NCBI GenBank assembly: GCA_949290515.1
Contig: CASERZ010000001.1
Coordinates: 192,738 to 256,737 of the forward strand
Origin: an uncultured Christensenella sp.
GTDB lineage: Bacteria > Bacillota > Clostridia > Christensenellales > UBA3700
Direction of reading: 5' to 3'
Length of the DNA: 64,000 nt
Shown one piece after another: positions 36,120 through 45,773 of the stretch. The notes beneath the pieces were generated by a model. The model was given only the letters and a program-made list of their open reading frames with translations. It was not told the DNA's origin and ran no database searches. Within the stretch, counting starts at the first letter, position 1; each line of letters opens with the position of its first letter. The position numbers were made by a program, and so were the translations under genes.

Positions 36120-37118
36120 ATGAAAGTCGGCAAGCACACATATTTAGCAGATAATAACGTATATATTGCATCCGCATATTCTCTCGCGGGTCCCTATGAG
36201 TCGAAAGGAACTTTCAGAGAATACTTCGATACCGTTATGGAAGACGATGAGTGGAAATGTAAATCTCACGAACTTACGGAGATAGAGATGCAGAGATTTA
36301 CTATCGGTGAGTGCCTTGACAGGGCAAAGGTCAATCCTATGGATTGTGACCTCATTTTAGGAGGAGATTTGCTCAATCAAATCGTCCCTACGTCTTTTTC
36401 TGCACGCGATTTTAACACGCCGTTTATGGGGTTGTATAACGCTTGCGCTACTTTCGGGGAAGCTTTGTCGATAGGCTCGTGCCTTATAGGCGGAGATTTT
36501 GAAAGAGTGATATGCTGTACCAGTTCTCACTACGCTACAGCAGAAAGACAGTACCGCTATCCTCTCGAATTGGGCACTCAGCCTACGCCTGAATCTCAAT
36601 GGACGGTTACGGGATGCGGAGCGGTTATGCTGTCTAAAAGCAAATGCGATGCACCGCAGATAAAAGGATTTACGGCAGGAGAAGTCATAGACTTCGGACT
36701 TTGCGACGCCAACAATATGGGTGGAGCAATGGCTCCTGCTGCCGCAAAAACTATAGTAAATCATTTCAAAGATACGGGCAGAAGTCCTGATTATTACGAT
36801 TTGATTATTACAGGAGATTTGGGAAGATTCGGCAGAGATACTTTGCACTATCTTTGTAAAAAAGAAGGTTACGATATCGACAATCTAAACGATTGCGGGA
36901 GTATGATTTACAGCGAAAAGCAAAAAGCGGGTCAAGGCGGCTCGGGTGCGGGATGTTGCTCATTGGTATTCTGTTCATATATCTATAAAAAGCTTCAGGA
37001 AGGCAGTCTGAAAAAGGTGCTTTTCGTACCTACGGGAGCAATGCTTTCGAGAGATTCCGCTCTGCAGGGAGAGAGTATTCCCGGTATAGCTCACGCCGTA
37101 ATTATAGAAAAGGAGTAA
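36120..37118 (+). CDS. spoVAD: Stage V sporulation protein AD (thiolase-fold)
   Basis: ~330 aa, with the MGLYNACATFGEAL and GSGAGCCS regions typical of SpoVAD. Confidence 0.9.
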   Translation: MKVGKHTYLADNNVYIASAYSLAGPYESKGTFREYFDTVMEDDEWKCKSHELTEIEMQRFTIGECLDRAKVNPMDCDLILGGDLLNQIVPTSFSARDFNTPFMGLYNACATFGEALSIGSCLIGGDFERVICCTSSHYATAERQYRYPLELGTQPTPESQWTVTGCGAVMLSKSKCDAPQIKGFTAGEVIDFGLCDANNMGGAMAPAAAKTIVNHFKDTGRSPDYYDLIITGDLGRFGRDTLHYLCKKEGYDIDNLNDCGSMIYSEKQKAGQGGSGAGCCSLVFCSYIYKKLQEGSLKKVLFVPTGAMLSRDSALQGESIPGIAHAVIIEKE

Positions 37119-37119
37119 T

Positions 37120-37488
37120 ATGAGTATATTTTTGAATTATCTCAAAGTATTTGCAGTGGGAGGATTGGTCTGCGCTATTGCGCAGATTTTAATCAACCGT
37201 ACCAAAATGTCGTCCGCCAGAATCTTGGTATTGTTTTTGCTTTTGGGTATTTTTCTCGAAGGTATAGGTGTATTTAAATATATTCAGGAGTTTGCGGGGG
37301 CGGGAATAAGCGTGCCTATTACCGGATTCGGAAGCGTGCTTATCAAAGGCGCAAAAGAGGGCGCGAAAATCGGACTGTTGGAAGCTGTTACTTACGGTTT
37401 CAAGAATATGGCGGGCGGATTGACGGCTGCAATATTCTTCGGCTTTTTCTTTGCCCTTATATTTAAATCTCATTCGAAAAAAGCCTGA
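37120..37488 (+). CDS. spoVAE: Stage V sporulation protein AE (SpoVAEb type)
   Basis: ~120-aa membrane protein paralogous to SpoVAC (PITGFGSVLIKGAKEG). Confidence 0.88.
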   Translation: MSIFLNYLKVFAVGGLVCAIAQILINRTKMSSARILVLFLLLGIFLEGIGVFKYIQEFAGAGISVPITGFGSVLIKGAKEGAKIGLLEAVTYGFKNMAGGLTAAIFFGFFFALIFKSHSKKA

Positions 37489-37532
37489 TTGCTATCAGTC
37501 AAACAAAAGCTTTGACGCGCATATAATGTAAT

Positions 37533-38189
37533 ATGCGCGTGAGAAAAAGGACTAAATTCAAGGCTTTGATTGTGTTTGTTATACTTGCGGTAACTTTTGT
37601 CGCAGGGTTTGTTTATGTCCGTAAAAATCTTATTGAATATACAGATAAATATGCAAAAGGTCTAATTACCACGAGAGTAGTTGACGTCCTCAATAATTCT
37701 ACCACTCAAGCTCTGGAGGGCGAATGGTTTCAGGATAAATCCAATTTTTACGAAATCCGTTATGACAACGAAGGTAACGTTACTTTAATCAGTGCGGATA
37801 TAGTAGTTATCAATGCGCTTATGCGCGACGTTGCCGCAGCCTCTCAGGTCAACGTAAACCAAATGTGCAAAAAAGAGGATGTTCAGGTACCTTATTCGTC
37901 AATTTTCGGCAGTTCGCTTTTGGCAAACTACGGCGGAAAATATACCTTTAATCTCGAGCTTTTGGGTAATATACAATGTAATTACCGTACCACTTTTCAA
38001 TCTGCGGGCATAAATCAAACGCTTATGTGTATGTACATAGATTTATATGTCGATATAAGCGTTATGCTACCGCTACACGTCGAAAATATCAAGGTGGAAA
38101 ATTCTATGGTAGTATATCAGAATCTCATAGTCGGAAAAGTACCCGATTTCTACTTTCAGTCGGGAAACGGCCTTGATTTGGTGGGATAG
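37533..38189 (+). CDS. yunB: Sporulation protein YunB
   Basis: Basic N-terminus plus TM helix. The C-terminal NLIVGKVPDFYF matches the YunB ..GKVPQFY.. signature. Confidence 0.75.
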   Translation: MRVRKRTKFKALIVFVILAVTFVAGFVYVRKNLIEYTDKYAKGLITTRVVDVLNNSTTQALEGEWFQDKSNFYEIRYDNEGNVTLISADIVVINALMRDVAAASQVNVNQMCKKEDVQVPYSSIFGSSLLANYGGKYTFNLELLGNIQCNYRTTFQSAGINQTLMCMYIDLYVDISVMLPLHVENIKVENSMVVYQNLIVGKVPDFYFQSGNGLDLVG

Positions 38190-38246
38190 TACATTTTATC
38201 ATGTTTGATGCTTTTTTATATAAAAAGGTCAATGACGTAAAAATAC

Positions 38247-38275
38247 TTGCAAAATACTTCCAACAATGATAATAT
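38247..38275 (+). promoter_or_regulatory. Sigma-A type promoter for the pheST T-box leader
   Basis: TTGCAA (38247-38252), 17-nt spacer, TGaTAATAT extended -10 (38267-38275). Confidence 0.5.
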
Positions 38276-38281
38276 AATATC

Positions 38282-38519
38282 ATAAGCGTTGAAAAGGAAC
38301 GTATCTTGCATAAAATTTGCGACAGAGATTTTACCTCGGCAGGCTGAAAGGGTAATTTGCAAATCGCGGGAGAATTCGCCTTGGAGCCGTTTTGTTGAAA
38401 ATAAGTAGGCAAAACCGTTTGTTACGTTATAACTCAATGAGGTCAACCGATTAGGGTTGATAAAATTAGGTGGTACAGCGTCAATACGCCCTATGTAGCA
38501 ATACGAGGCGTATTTTTTT
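38282..38519 (+). promoter_or_regulatory. T-box riboswitch leader (Phe-specific) controlling pheS-pheT
   Basis: Conserved T-box sequence AAATTAGGTGGTACAGCG (38463-38480), immediately followed by the terminator AATACGCC/GGCGTATT plus a T-run. AGAGA motif near 38324. Candidate UUC specifier at 38375-38377. Confidence 0.85.
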
Positions 38520-38539
38520 ATAACAAAAGCGAGGTAATT

Positions 38540-39559
38540 ATGAAAGAGAAGATTGCAAAACTTATCGAAGAAGCAAAGTCCGCTATCAAAAGCAGCGACA
38601 GCCTTGCTTCTATCAATAACGTAAAAGTCAAATATCTCGGAAAGAGCGGAGAACTTACTCAGCTTCTTAGAGGTATGAAAGATTTACCGCAAGAGGAAAG
38701 ACCTTTGGTAGGTAAATACGTAAACGAAGCGAGAGACGTCATTACTCAGCTTACTGAGGACAAGCTCAAAGAGCTTTCTCAGGCCGAAACCGACAGCAAA
38801 ATGATCAAAGAAAGCGTTGATATTACGCTTGACGGCAAGACGACGCAAAGGGGCAGTTTGCATCCTTGTACTCTCGTAACCGAAGAGATAGTAGACATAT
38901 TCAAGTCTTTGGGATTTACTCTCGGTGACGGTCCCGAAATCGAACTGGACAAGTTCTGCTTCCAGATGCTCAATATTCCGCTCGACCATCCCGCAAGAGA
39001 TATGCAGGATACTTTCTATATTACCGACGATATTCTGCTCAGAACGCAAACTTCGTCTGTACAGGCGCGTACTATGATAAATACCAAACCGCCTATAAGG
39101 ATTGTTTGCCCCGGAAAGGTTTACAGACCCGATGACGATGCTACGCATTCTCCTATGTTCCAGCAAATAGAAGGTCTCGTCGTGGACGAAAACGTTACGC
39201 TTTGCGACCTTAAGGGACTTTTGGAAACCTTTGCAAAAAGACTTTTCGATGACAAAACAAAGGTCAGATTCAGACCCTCATTCTTCCCCTTTACTGAACC
39301 TAGCGTAGAAGTAGACGTTACGTGTTCGGTTTGTCACGGAAAAGGTTGCAGAATATGCAAGGGTACGGGTTGGATAGAGATACTCGGCGCGGGCGTCGTA
39401 AATCCCAAAGTCTTTGACAACTGCGGCATAGACAGCAAAAAGTATAAGGGATTGGCATTCGGTCTCGGCGTAGAAAGAGTAGCAATGATAAAATACGGTA
39501 TTCCCGATATGAGAATTCTCTTTGAAAACGACGTAAGATTTTTGAAGGAATTCAAATAA
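38540..39559 (+). CDS. pheS: Phenylalanine--tRNA ligase alpha subunit
   Basis: Class II synthetase motifs (HPARDMQDTFY, FRPSFFPFTEPS, GLGVERVAM). Confidence 0.97.
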   Translation: MKEKIAKLIEEAKSAIKSSDSLASINNVKVKYLGKSGELTQLLRGMKDLPQEERPLVGKYVNEARDVITQLTEDKLKELSQAETDSKMIKESVDITLDGKTTQRGSLHPCTLVTEEIVDIFKSLGFTLGDGPEIELDKFCFQMLNIPLDHPARDMQDTFYITDDILLRTQTSSVQARTMINTKPPIRIVCPGKVYRPDDDATHSPMFQQIEGLVVDENVTLCDLKGLLETFAKRLFDDKTKVRFRPSFFPFTEPSVEVDVTCSVCHGKGCRICKGTGWIEILGAGVVNPKVFDNCGIDSKKYKGLAFGLGVERVAMIKYGIPDMRILFENDVRFLKEFK

Positions 39560-39569
39560 GGAGGATGAT

Positions 39570-41972
39570 ATGAAAGTTTCGTTAAGTTGGTTAAAAGATT
39601 TTGTAGATATAGACGTAGACGTAAACACTCTCGCAGACAAGCTTGTAAGCGCGGGATTTGAGGTCGAGGAGATTATTGACGCCAACGCGAATATGAAAAA
39701 CGTAGTGCTCGGCAAGATAGTTAAACTCGAAAAGCATCCCGACGCGGACAAATTACAAATTTGTCAAATCGACGTAGGTAAAGACGAGCTTGTGCAAATC
39801 GTTACCGGTGCTCAGAACGTAAGCGAAGGCGACCTTGTTCCCGTGGCATTGGATAATTCTTTATTGCCTACGGGGCAGGAAATCAAAAAAGGAAAACTCA
39901 GGGGAGTTGCTTCAAACGGTATGTTGTGTTCGGGAGAAGAACTCAAATTGACTGAGGACGATTATAAGGGCGCAAGCGTATACGGCATACTTATTATGAA
40001 CGGCGAAAAATATCCTCTCGGTACTGATATGAACGTAGTATTGGGTAACGACGAAGTGGTGCTTGACGTTGCCGTAACGGCAAACAGACCCGATTGCAAC
40101 AGTGTGCTCGGTATTGCCAGAGAAGTCGCTACAGTGTTGAGAAAACCTCTTAAAATGCCCGATACGTCTTTTAAGACGGATAAAAGCCTTAAGGTAGAGG
40201 ATTTTGTAGACGTAGACGTTCAGGCTCCCGATTTGTGCCCCAGATATATGGCGGCTGCCGTTAAGGATATCAAAATCACTAAAAGCCCCGAAATTATACA
40301 GAAGAGACTTAAATCCGTAGGCTTGAGACCTATCAATAATATCGTAGATATTACCAACTACGTGCTTATCGAAATCGGTCAGCCTATGCACGCTTTCGAT
40401 AAGAATAATTTGGGCGGCGGTAAAATAATTCCCAGACGCGCGAAAATCGGCGAGAAAATCGTGTGTCTCGATGAAAAAGAGTATACTCTCGATGACAGTA
40501 TGCTTGTTATTTGCGACTCAGACAAACCTTGTGCTGTTGGCGGCGTAATGGGCGGTCTTAACAGTGGTATAAACGAAAATACGAATACTATAGTATTCGA
40601 GTCTGCAAAATTCTTGCGCGATAACATAAGAAGAACGTCAAGAAAACTCAATCTCCGTTCGGATTCTTCTTTCAGATACGAAAGAGGTATTGACTTCGAC
40701 AGTCAAAGACTCGGTATTATGCGTGCGCTTTCATTGATAGATAAGTACGGATGGGGTAAGATAGCAGACGGCATTATCGACAGACTGAATGGTGATTTGA
40801 CGAGAAATACCGTAGTGACCAGCGTAGCGGAAATCAATTCGATTTTGGGAATAGAAGTGCCTGAAAACGTGGTGCTCGAGATACTCAACAGCTTGCAGAT
40901 TGAAAGTACTCTTAAAGACGGTGTACTCACTTGCGTATGTCCTGCATTCAGAGACGATATCGAAAACGCAAACGATTTGGCTGAGGAAGTCATAAGACTT
41001 TACGGTTATGATAAAATAGAGTGTACGCTTCTCGACAAGGCGCACCAGACTCTCGGCGGAAAGACGAGAGAGCAGCAAAACGTCGATATAATCAAAGAAA
41101 TCTGCGTAAGTCAAGGAATGAGTGAAACGCTTACTTATTCTTTTACTACTCCCAAATGCTTCGATATTTTGAGAATGAGCGCAGAGGACGAAAGAAGAAA
41201 TTGCGTCAAGCTTCTCAAACCTCTCGGAGAGGATTTATCCGTAATGCGTACTACGCTTGCATACAGTACGATATCTATGTTGGCAAGCAACTTCATAAAG
41301 AGCAACAAAACCGCAAAACTGTTTGAAGTTGCAAAAGTCTATTTGCCTAAAGATAAGGATATGAAGCAATTGCCTGACGAAGTTTTGATGCTCGGTATGG
41401 GAATGTACGGTCAGGGCGTTGATTTCTTTACGATGAAAGGCGCAGTTGAGGTGCTTTTGAAAAAATTCGGAATCAAAGCGGATTATACAAGAGCAGACAT
41501 TAGTTATTTGCATAAGGGCAGAAGCGCGCAAATCAACGTAGGAAAGATAGTCCTCGGTTATTTGGGCGAGGTTCATCCTCAGGTTGCCGACTCGTTTGAC
41601 GTAGGGGAAAGAATGTATATTGCCGAAATCAACGTAGATATGCTCAATTCGCTTGCAGATTACAGCTATACTTTCGTGCCTATCGCAAAATATCCTCCTA
41701 TGGAGAGAGATATAGCAGTTGTCGTAGACGAAAAGGTAGCGGCCGGAGATTTGCTTGCTTGCATAAGAAAAGGTGGCGGAAGTTTGCTTGTAGATGCATC
41801 CGTATTCGATATATACCGTAACAAAGAAGCTCTCGGTGCGGACAAAAAGAGTGTAGCGATAAATCTTGTATTCAGGCTTAACGACAGGACTTTGACAGAA
41901 GAAGAAGTCAATGCAAAGATGAACAGAATACTCACAAAGCTTACCAGCGAATTCAACGCTGTTCAAAGATAA
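39570..41972 (+). CDS. pheT: Phenylalanine--tRNA ligase beta subunit
   Basis: N-terminal MKVSLSWLKDFV, tRNA-binding domain, B3/4 and B5 domains and a C-terminal FDX-ACB domain; 800 aa. Confidence 0.97.
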   Translation: MKVSLSWLKDFVDIDVDVNTLADKLVSAGFEVEEIIDANANMKNVVLGKIVKLEKHPDADKLQICQIDVGKDELVQIVTGAQNVSEGDLVPVALDNSLLPTGQEIKKGKLRGVASNGMLCSGEELKLTEDDYKGASVYGILIMNGEKYPLGTDMNVVLGNDEVVLDVAVTANRPDCNSVLGIAREVATVLRKPLKMPDTSFKTDKSLKVEDFVDVDVQAPDLCPRYMAAAVKDIKITKSPEIIQKRLKSVGLRPINNIVDITNYVLIEIGQPMHAFDKNNLGGGKIIPRRAKIGEKIVCLDEKEYTLDDSMLVICDSDKPCAVGGVMGGLNSGINENTNTIVFESAKFLRDNIRRTSRKLNLRSDSSFRYERGIDFDSQRLGIMRALSLIDKYGWGKIADGIIDRLNGDLTRNTVVTSVAEINSILGIEVPENVVLEILNSLQIESTLKDGVLTCVCPAFRDDIENANDLAEEVIRLYGYDKIECTLLDKAHQTLGGKTREQQNVDIIKEICVSQGMSETLTYSFTTPKCFDILRMSAEDERRNCVKLLKPLGEDLSVMRTTLAYSTISMLASNFIKSNKTAKLFEVAKVYLPKDKDMKQLPDEVLMLGMGMYGQGVDFFTMKGAVEVLLKKFGIKADYTRADISYLHKGRSAQINVGKIVLGYLGEVHPQVADSFDVGERMYIAEINVDMLNSLADYSYTFVPIAKYPPMERDIAVVVDEKVAAGDLLACIRKGGGSLLVDASVFDIYRNKEALGADKKSVAINLVFRLNDRTLTEEEVNAKMNRILTKLTSEFNAVQR

Positions 41973-41983
41973 CTGTACTAAAG

Positions 41984-42015
41984 CGGCACCCTTTAGGGTG
42001 CCGTAATCATTTTTG
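41984..42015 (+). terminator. Rho-independent terminator after pheT
   Basis: CGGCACCCT / AGGGTGCCG stem followed by a T-rich tail. Confidence 0.75.
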
Positions 42016-42117
42016 AACATTTTGCGTTAATCAACTTGACAAACGCGCGCGCATAAAATATATTATTATCGAAAAATAAAGTTTTAAGCGATATTACGGA
42101 ATATTCCAAGGCAATAT

Positions 42118-43263
42118 ATGACGGCGAAGGAAAGATTTAATCTGGTTATGTCCAAGATTTGGGCTTTTGTCAAACAGAACATAGTTATGCTCATAGCTTT
42201 GCTTGCCGCAATCGTAACAAGTTGTATTGTTCCGCCCGATAAAGAGTACATAGGTTATTTCGATTTTAAGACTTTGACTTGTCTTTTCTGCGTTTTGGCG
42301 GTAGTATGCGCTCTCAAAAATATCAAATTTTTTTATATTCTCGCGCTTAAAATAGTTCAAGTATTTAAAAACGCGCGTATCAGCGTGCTTGCTCTCGTAT
42401 ATATTACTTTTATAGGGTCTATGCTGATAGCCAACGATATGGCGCTGTTGACTTTTCTGCCGTTAGGATATTTGGTACTTACCACTACGGGCAAGAGAAA
42501 ATATATGGCGGTTACGTTTATATTGCAAAACATAGCCGCGAATCTTGGCGGAATGCTCACGCCTTTCGGAAATCCTCAAAATTTATACCTTTATACAAAA
42601 TTCGAGATACCTACGCTGGAATTTATGTCCATAATGGCTCCGCCGTTTTTACTTTCGATACTATTGATTACGTTGTGTTGCATTATTTTCGTAAAGCCTG
42701 AGCCTTTGGAACTTCAGAAGGAAGAGGTTAAGCTTGACCCTAAGCGCACGGTGCTTTATCTTATACTGTTTGCGCTGTCGATTATAATAGTTTTCAGGGT
42801 TATACCATACTGGATAGGACTTATAATCATACCCGTAGTTTTGCTTATAGTCGACAGAAAAGCTCTGCTGATGGTGGATTATTCGTTGCTGCTTACGTTT
42901 GTATTCTTTTTTATTTTTGCAGGAAATATGGCGAGAATAGATGCTGTCAGAAACGTTTTTTCGGGACTTTTGGAGAAAAATACCTTGCTTGTAAGCGTAT
43001 TTTCCTGTCAAATTATCAGTAATGTCCCTTCCGCTATACTTCTTTCGCAGTTTACTGGCAATTACAGAGATTTATTAGTCGGTGTCAATATAGGCGGCGT
43101 CGGCACGCTCATATCTTCTCTTGCAAGTCTTATTACGTTCAGAGAATACGTTAAGCTTAATCCCGGAAAGGGCAAATTCTATGTGCTTGTATTTTCACTT
43201 TTCAACTTTGCTTTTCTGTTTATCTTGACTGGTTTTATGTTGCTGTTGAATTATTTTGTATAA
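42118..43263 (+). CDS. YbiR-like anion permease (ArsB/NhaD superfamily)
   Basis: Close by-eye match to E. coli YbiR motifs: TPFGNPQNLYLY, CQIISNVPSAILL, VNIGGVGTL. Polytopic. Confidence 0.82.
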   Translation: MTAKERFNLVMSKIWAFVKQNIVMLIALLAAIVTSCIVPPDKEYIGYFDFKTLTCLFCVLAVVCALKNIKFFYILALKIVQVFKNARISVLALVYITFIGSMLIANDMALLTFLPLGYLVLTTTGKRKYMAVTFILQNIAANLGGMLTPFGNPQNLYLYTKFEIPTLEFMSIMAPPFLLSILLITLCCIIFVKPEPLELQKEEVKLDPKRTVLYLILFALSIIIVFRVIPYWIGLIIIPVVLLIVDRKALLMVDYSLLLTFVFFFIFAGNMARIDAVRNVFSGLLEKNTLLVSVFSCQIISNVPSAILLSQFTGNYRDLLVGVNIGGVGTLISSLASLITFREYVKLNPGKGKFYVLVFSLFNFAFLFILTGFMLLLNYFV

Positions 43264-43313
43264 AATACGCTATCGGATTATTATAAAATATGCGTAATCA
43301 AACTGGTTTTTAT

Positions 43314-43341
43314 GTCGGAATAAGTATCCGACTATTTTATT
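43314..43341 (+). terminator. Weak candidate terminator after the permease gene
   Basis: GTCGGA / TCCGAC 6-bp stem followed by TATTTTATT. Confidence 0.4.
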
Positions 43342-43352
43342 ATTAAAATCGC

Positions 43353-43381
43353 TACAAAACGGCTAACTAATATGGTATAAT
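43353..43381 (+). promoter_or_regulatory. Candidate promoter abutting the U32 peptidase start (possible leaderless mRNA)
   Basis: TGgTATAAT extended -10 (TATAAT at 43376-43381), then 6 nt to the ATG at 43388. No Shine-Dalgarno. Confidence 0.4.
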
Positions 43382-43387
43382 AAATAT

Positions 43388-45682
43388 ATGACAGAAGTTT
43401 TGGCTCCCGTAGGCTCGGTGCAGGCTTTAAAAGCTGCGATATATTCAGGCGCAGACGCAGTATATCTCGGTCTTGATTTGTTTAATGCGCGCATCAAAGC
43501 CGATAATTTTAATAAGGATAATATAAAAGAGTATACCGATTATTGCCATCTTTTCGGAGTAAAGGTATATGTTACTTTCAATACGTCCGTAAAAGAAAAC
43601 GAAAAATCGATATTTGCTCAATACGTAGAATGTGCGGCAAAAGCGGGAGTAGACGCTTTTATAGTTACGGATTTGGGATGTCTTGATATACTCAGACAAT
43701 ACGATGTGCCTTTGCACGGAAGTACGCAAATAGGCGTACATAATCTTGCAGGGGCCAAAGTACTGGAAAAACTAGGCTTCACGCGCGTTGTGGTCGCAAG
43801 AGAAACGCTTTTTGAAGATATAAAGGATATTAGGGAGAATACTTCGCTTGAAATAGAGTACTTTGTTCACGGCGCACTTTGTGTAAGTTTTTCTGGCGGG
43901 TGTTTGTTGTCGAGTGTTATGAGCGGGGACAGCGGAAACCGCGGAAGATGTAATCAGCCTTGCAGATTAAAATATACGTCATCTTTCAGCAGTAAAGAAA
44001 AGTATCTATTGTCTCCTAAAGACCAGTGTTTTATAGGTGAGTTGAAGAAACTTGCGGATATAGGCGTGGACAGCTTTAAGATAGAGGGCAGACTCAAGCA
44101 ACCTCATTATGTGGGAGAGGTAGTGAGTCAATATCGAAAAGCGGTTGACGCTTTGAATTCGACTAAAACATATAAAGCAGATTTTTCGGCTTTAAAAAGG
44201 GCTTATAACAGAGGTAATTTTACAAGAGGATACAATTTTGAATCTTCCAAAGAAATAATGGACGATAAAGTCAACGGCACTATAGGCGAGTGTGTAGGCA
44301 AAATCGCGCAATGTAAAAAATCTTACATATATGTTGAACTTTCGGGTAAACTCAGCGTAGGCGACGGATTAAAAATCATATATAAAGGCGAAGAAGTCGG
44401 CGGAATGAATGTTGCTTCCCTGACTAAAAGGGGAAAATACGTTGTCATTCCGTCAAACAGAGTATATCCCGTGGGAAGCGAGGTTTGTGTAACGTCTGAC
44501 ATAATGCAGATAAACGCATATAGTGATTTGCGTCCTAAATTGCCGTTGGATTTGACTTTTGAAGCTGAATGCGGAAAACCTGTAGTACTCAAAGGAGTGT
44601 GCAAGGGAGTAGAAGTGAAAATCGAGGGCGCAATAGCCGAGGTTTCGCAAAAGTACATTGCTGACGCGGAGAGTGTAAAAAATCAGCTTATGAGATTCGG
44701 TCAAAGCGATTTTTATGTCAACGATATAGATATAAAACTCGACCTCAATAATTCGTTATTTATACCTTCTTCTCTTATAAACGCTATGAGAAGAGAGCTT
44801 GTCGAAAGATTAAAAAATGCTATTCTCAGTCGATATGAAAAGGACAAGCAAAGAGTAAATTACGATAATTATCCTATGTGCTTTTATGCTCACGAAAAGA
44901 ATAAAAGCAGGGTTAGGGTATGGTGTGAATTGAGTAATGCAAACGATATTTCCGCTGTCATTAAAAAGACGGATTGTAAATTTAATTTAGTGGTAGAATA
45001 TTCTTCTAAATTAGGGCAATTTATAGAAATAATTCTACAAAACGGCTTAAATGAGAATAAAATAGAAGATATATATCTAAAATTGCCACGTGTAGCAAGA
45101 GACAAAGATTATAAAGATATAGATAAATTCTTAGCGGAAAACTCCAAAAAAATCAGCGGAATATATGCAGACAATCTTTACGGAGTATATCTTGCCGAAA
45201 AGTATGAGCTAAAAATCGTCGGCGGCATCGGACTGAATATTTACAATCATACGGCTGGCGAAATTCTCGGTCTCGACGATGAAATGTATTCTGTAGAGCT
45301 GAACAAGAGCGAGTTGTGGGAGGGCGGTATTTTGTATGCCTACGGTCCGCTACCGGTAATGACATTACTTCATTGCCCCGTACAGGTCAATACAGGTTGT
45401 ACTTGTTCTGATTGTAAATACGACGGAGATTTTTATTATGCCGACAAAAGAGGCAAATACAAGATAAAGCGTACAAAACTCAATTATTGTCAATTTAACC
45501 TGTATAATCAGCAAATTATCGATATCATCGGCAAAACTCAAGGATGGAGGTATAGTGTTTACCTCAATCTGACTGAGTGCGATACGGCTAAAGCCTTAAA
45601 TGTTATATGTAAATATAATGTTATGAAAGGAATAAGCGAAGGAAATTCGACTTACGGACATCTTTTCAGAGGAGTTAAATAG
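43388..45682 (+). CDS. U32 family peptidase-like protein (long form with C-terminal extension)
   Basis: N-terminal EVLAPVGSVQALKAAIYSGADAVYLG and the E..HGALCVSFSG.C U32 signature; 764 aa. Confidence 0.85.
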   Translation: MTEVLAPVGSVQALKAAIYSGADAVYLGLDLFNARIKADNFNKDNIKEYTDYCHLFGVKVYVTFNTSVKENEKSIFAQYVECAAKAGVDAFIVTDLGCLDILRQYDVPLHGSTQIGVHNLAGAKVLEKLGFTRVVVARETLFEDIKDIRENTSLEIEYFVHGALCVSFSGGCLLSSVMSGDSGNRGRCNQPCRLKYTSSFSSKEKYLLSPKDQCFIGELKKLADIGVDSFKIEGRLKQPHYVGEVVSQYRKAVDALNSTKTYKADFSALKRAYNRGNFTRGYNFESSKEIMDDKVNGTIGECVGKIAQCKKSYIYVELSGKLSVGDGLKIIYKGEEVGGMNVASLTKRGKYVVIPSNRVYPVGSEVCVTSDIMQINAYSDLRPKLPLDLTFEAECGKPVVLKGVCKGVEVKIEGAIAEVSQKYIADAESVKNQLMRFGQSDFYVNDIDIKLDLNNSLFIPSSLINAMRRELVERLKNAILSRYEKDKQRVNYDNYPMCFYAHEKNKSRVRVWCELSNANDISAVIKKTDCKFNLVVEYSSKLGQFIEIILQNGLNENKIEDIYLKLPRVARDKDYKDIDKFLAENSKKISGIYADNLYGVYLAEKYELKIVGGIGLNIYNHTAGEILGLDDEMYSVELNKSELWEGGILYAYGPLPVMTLLHCPVQVNTGCTCSDCKYDGDFYYADKRGKYKIKRTKLNYCQFNLYNQQIIDIIGKTQGWRYSVYLNLTECDTAKALNVICKYNVMKGISEGNSTYGHLFRGVK

Positions 45683-45773
45683 CTGATTTGTTTAATTTGT
45701 GTTATAATAAAATAAGTACATAAAAATATGTAAAGAAAAACTTTGCTGCAAAAATATTATGTAGTTGTGAAAT

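Noticed and set aside
38125-38446. Two minus-strand ORFs (95 aa and 76 aa) upstream of pheS.
   Set aside because: The region is a T-box leader on the plus strand, with the conserved T-box sequence and a terminator. The ORFs have no start context.
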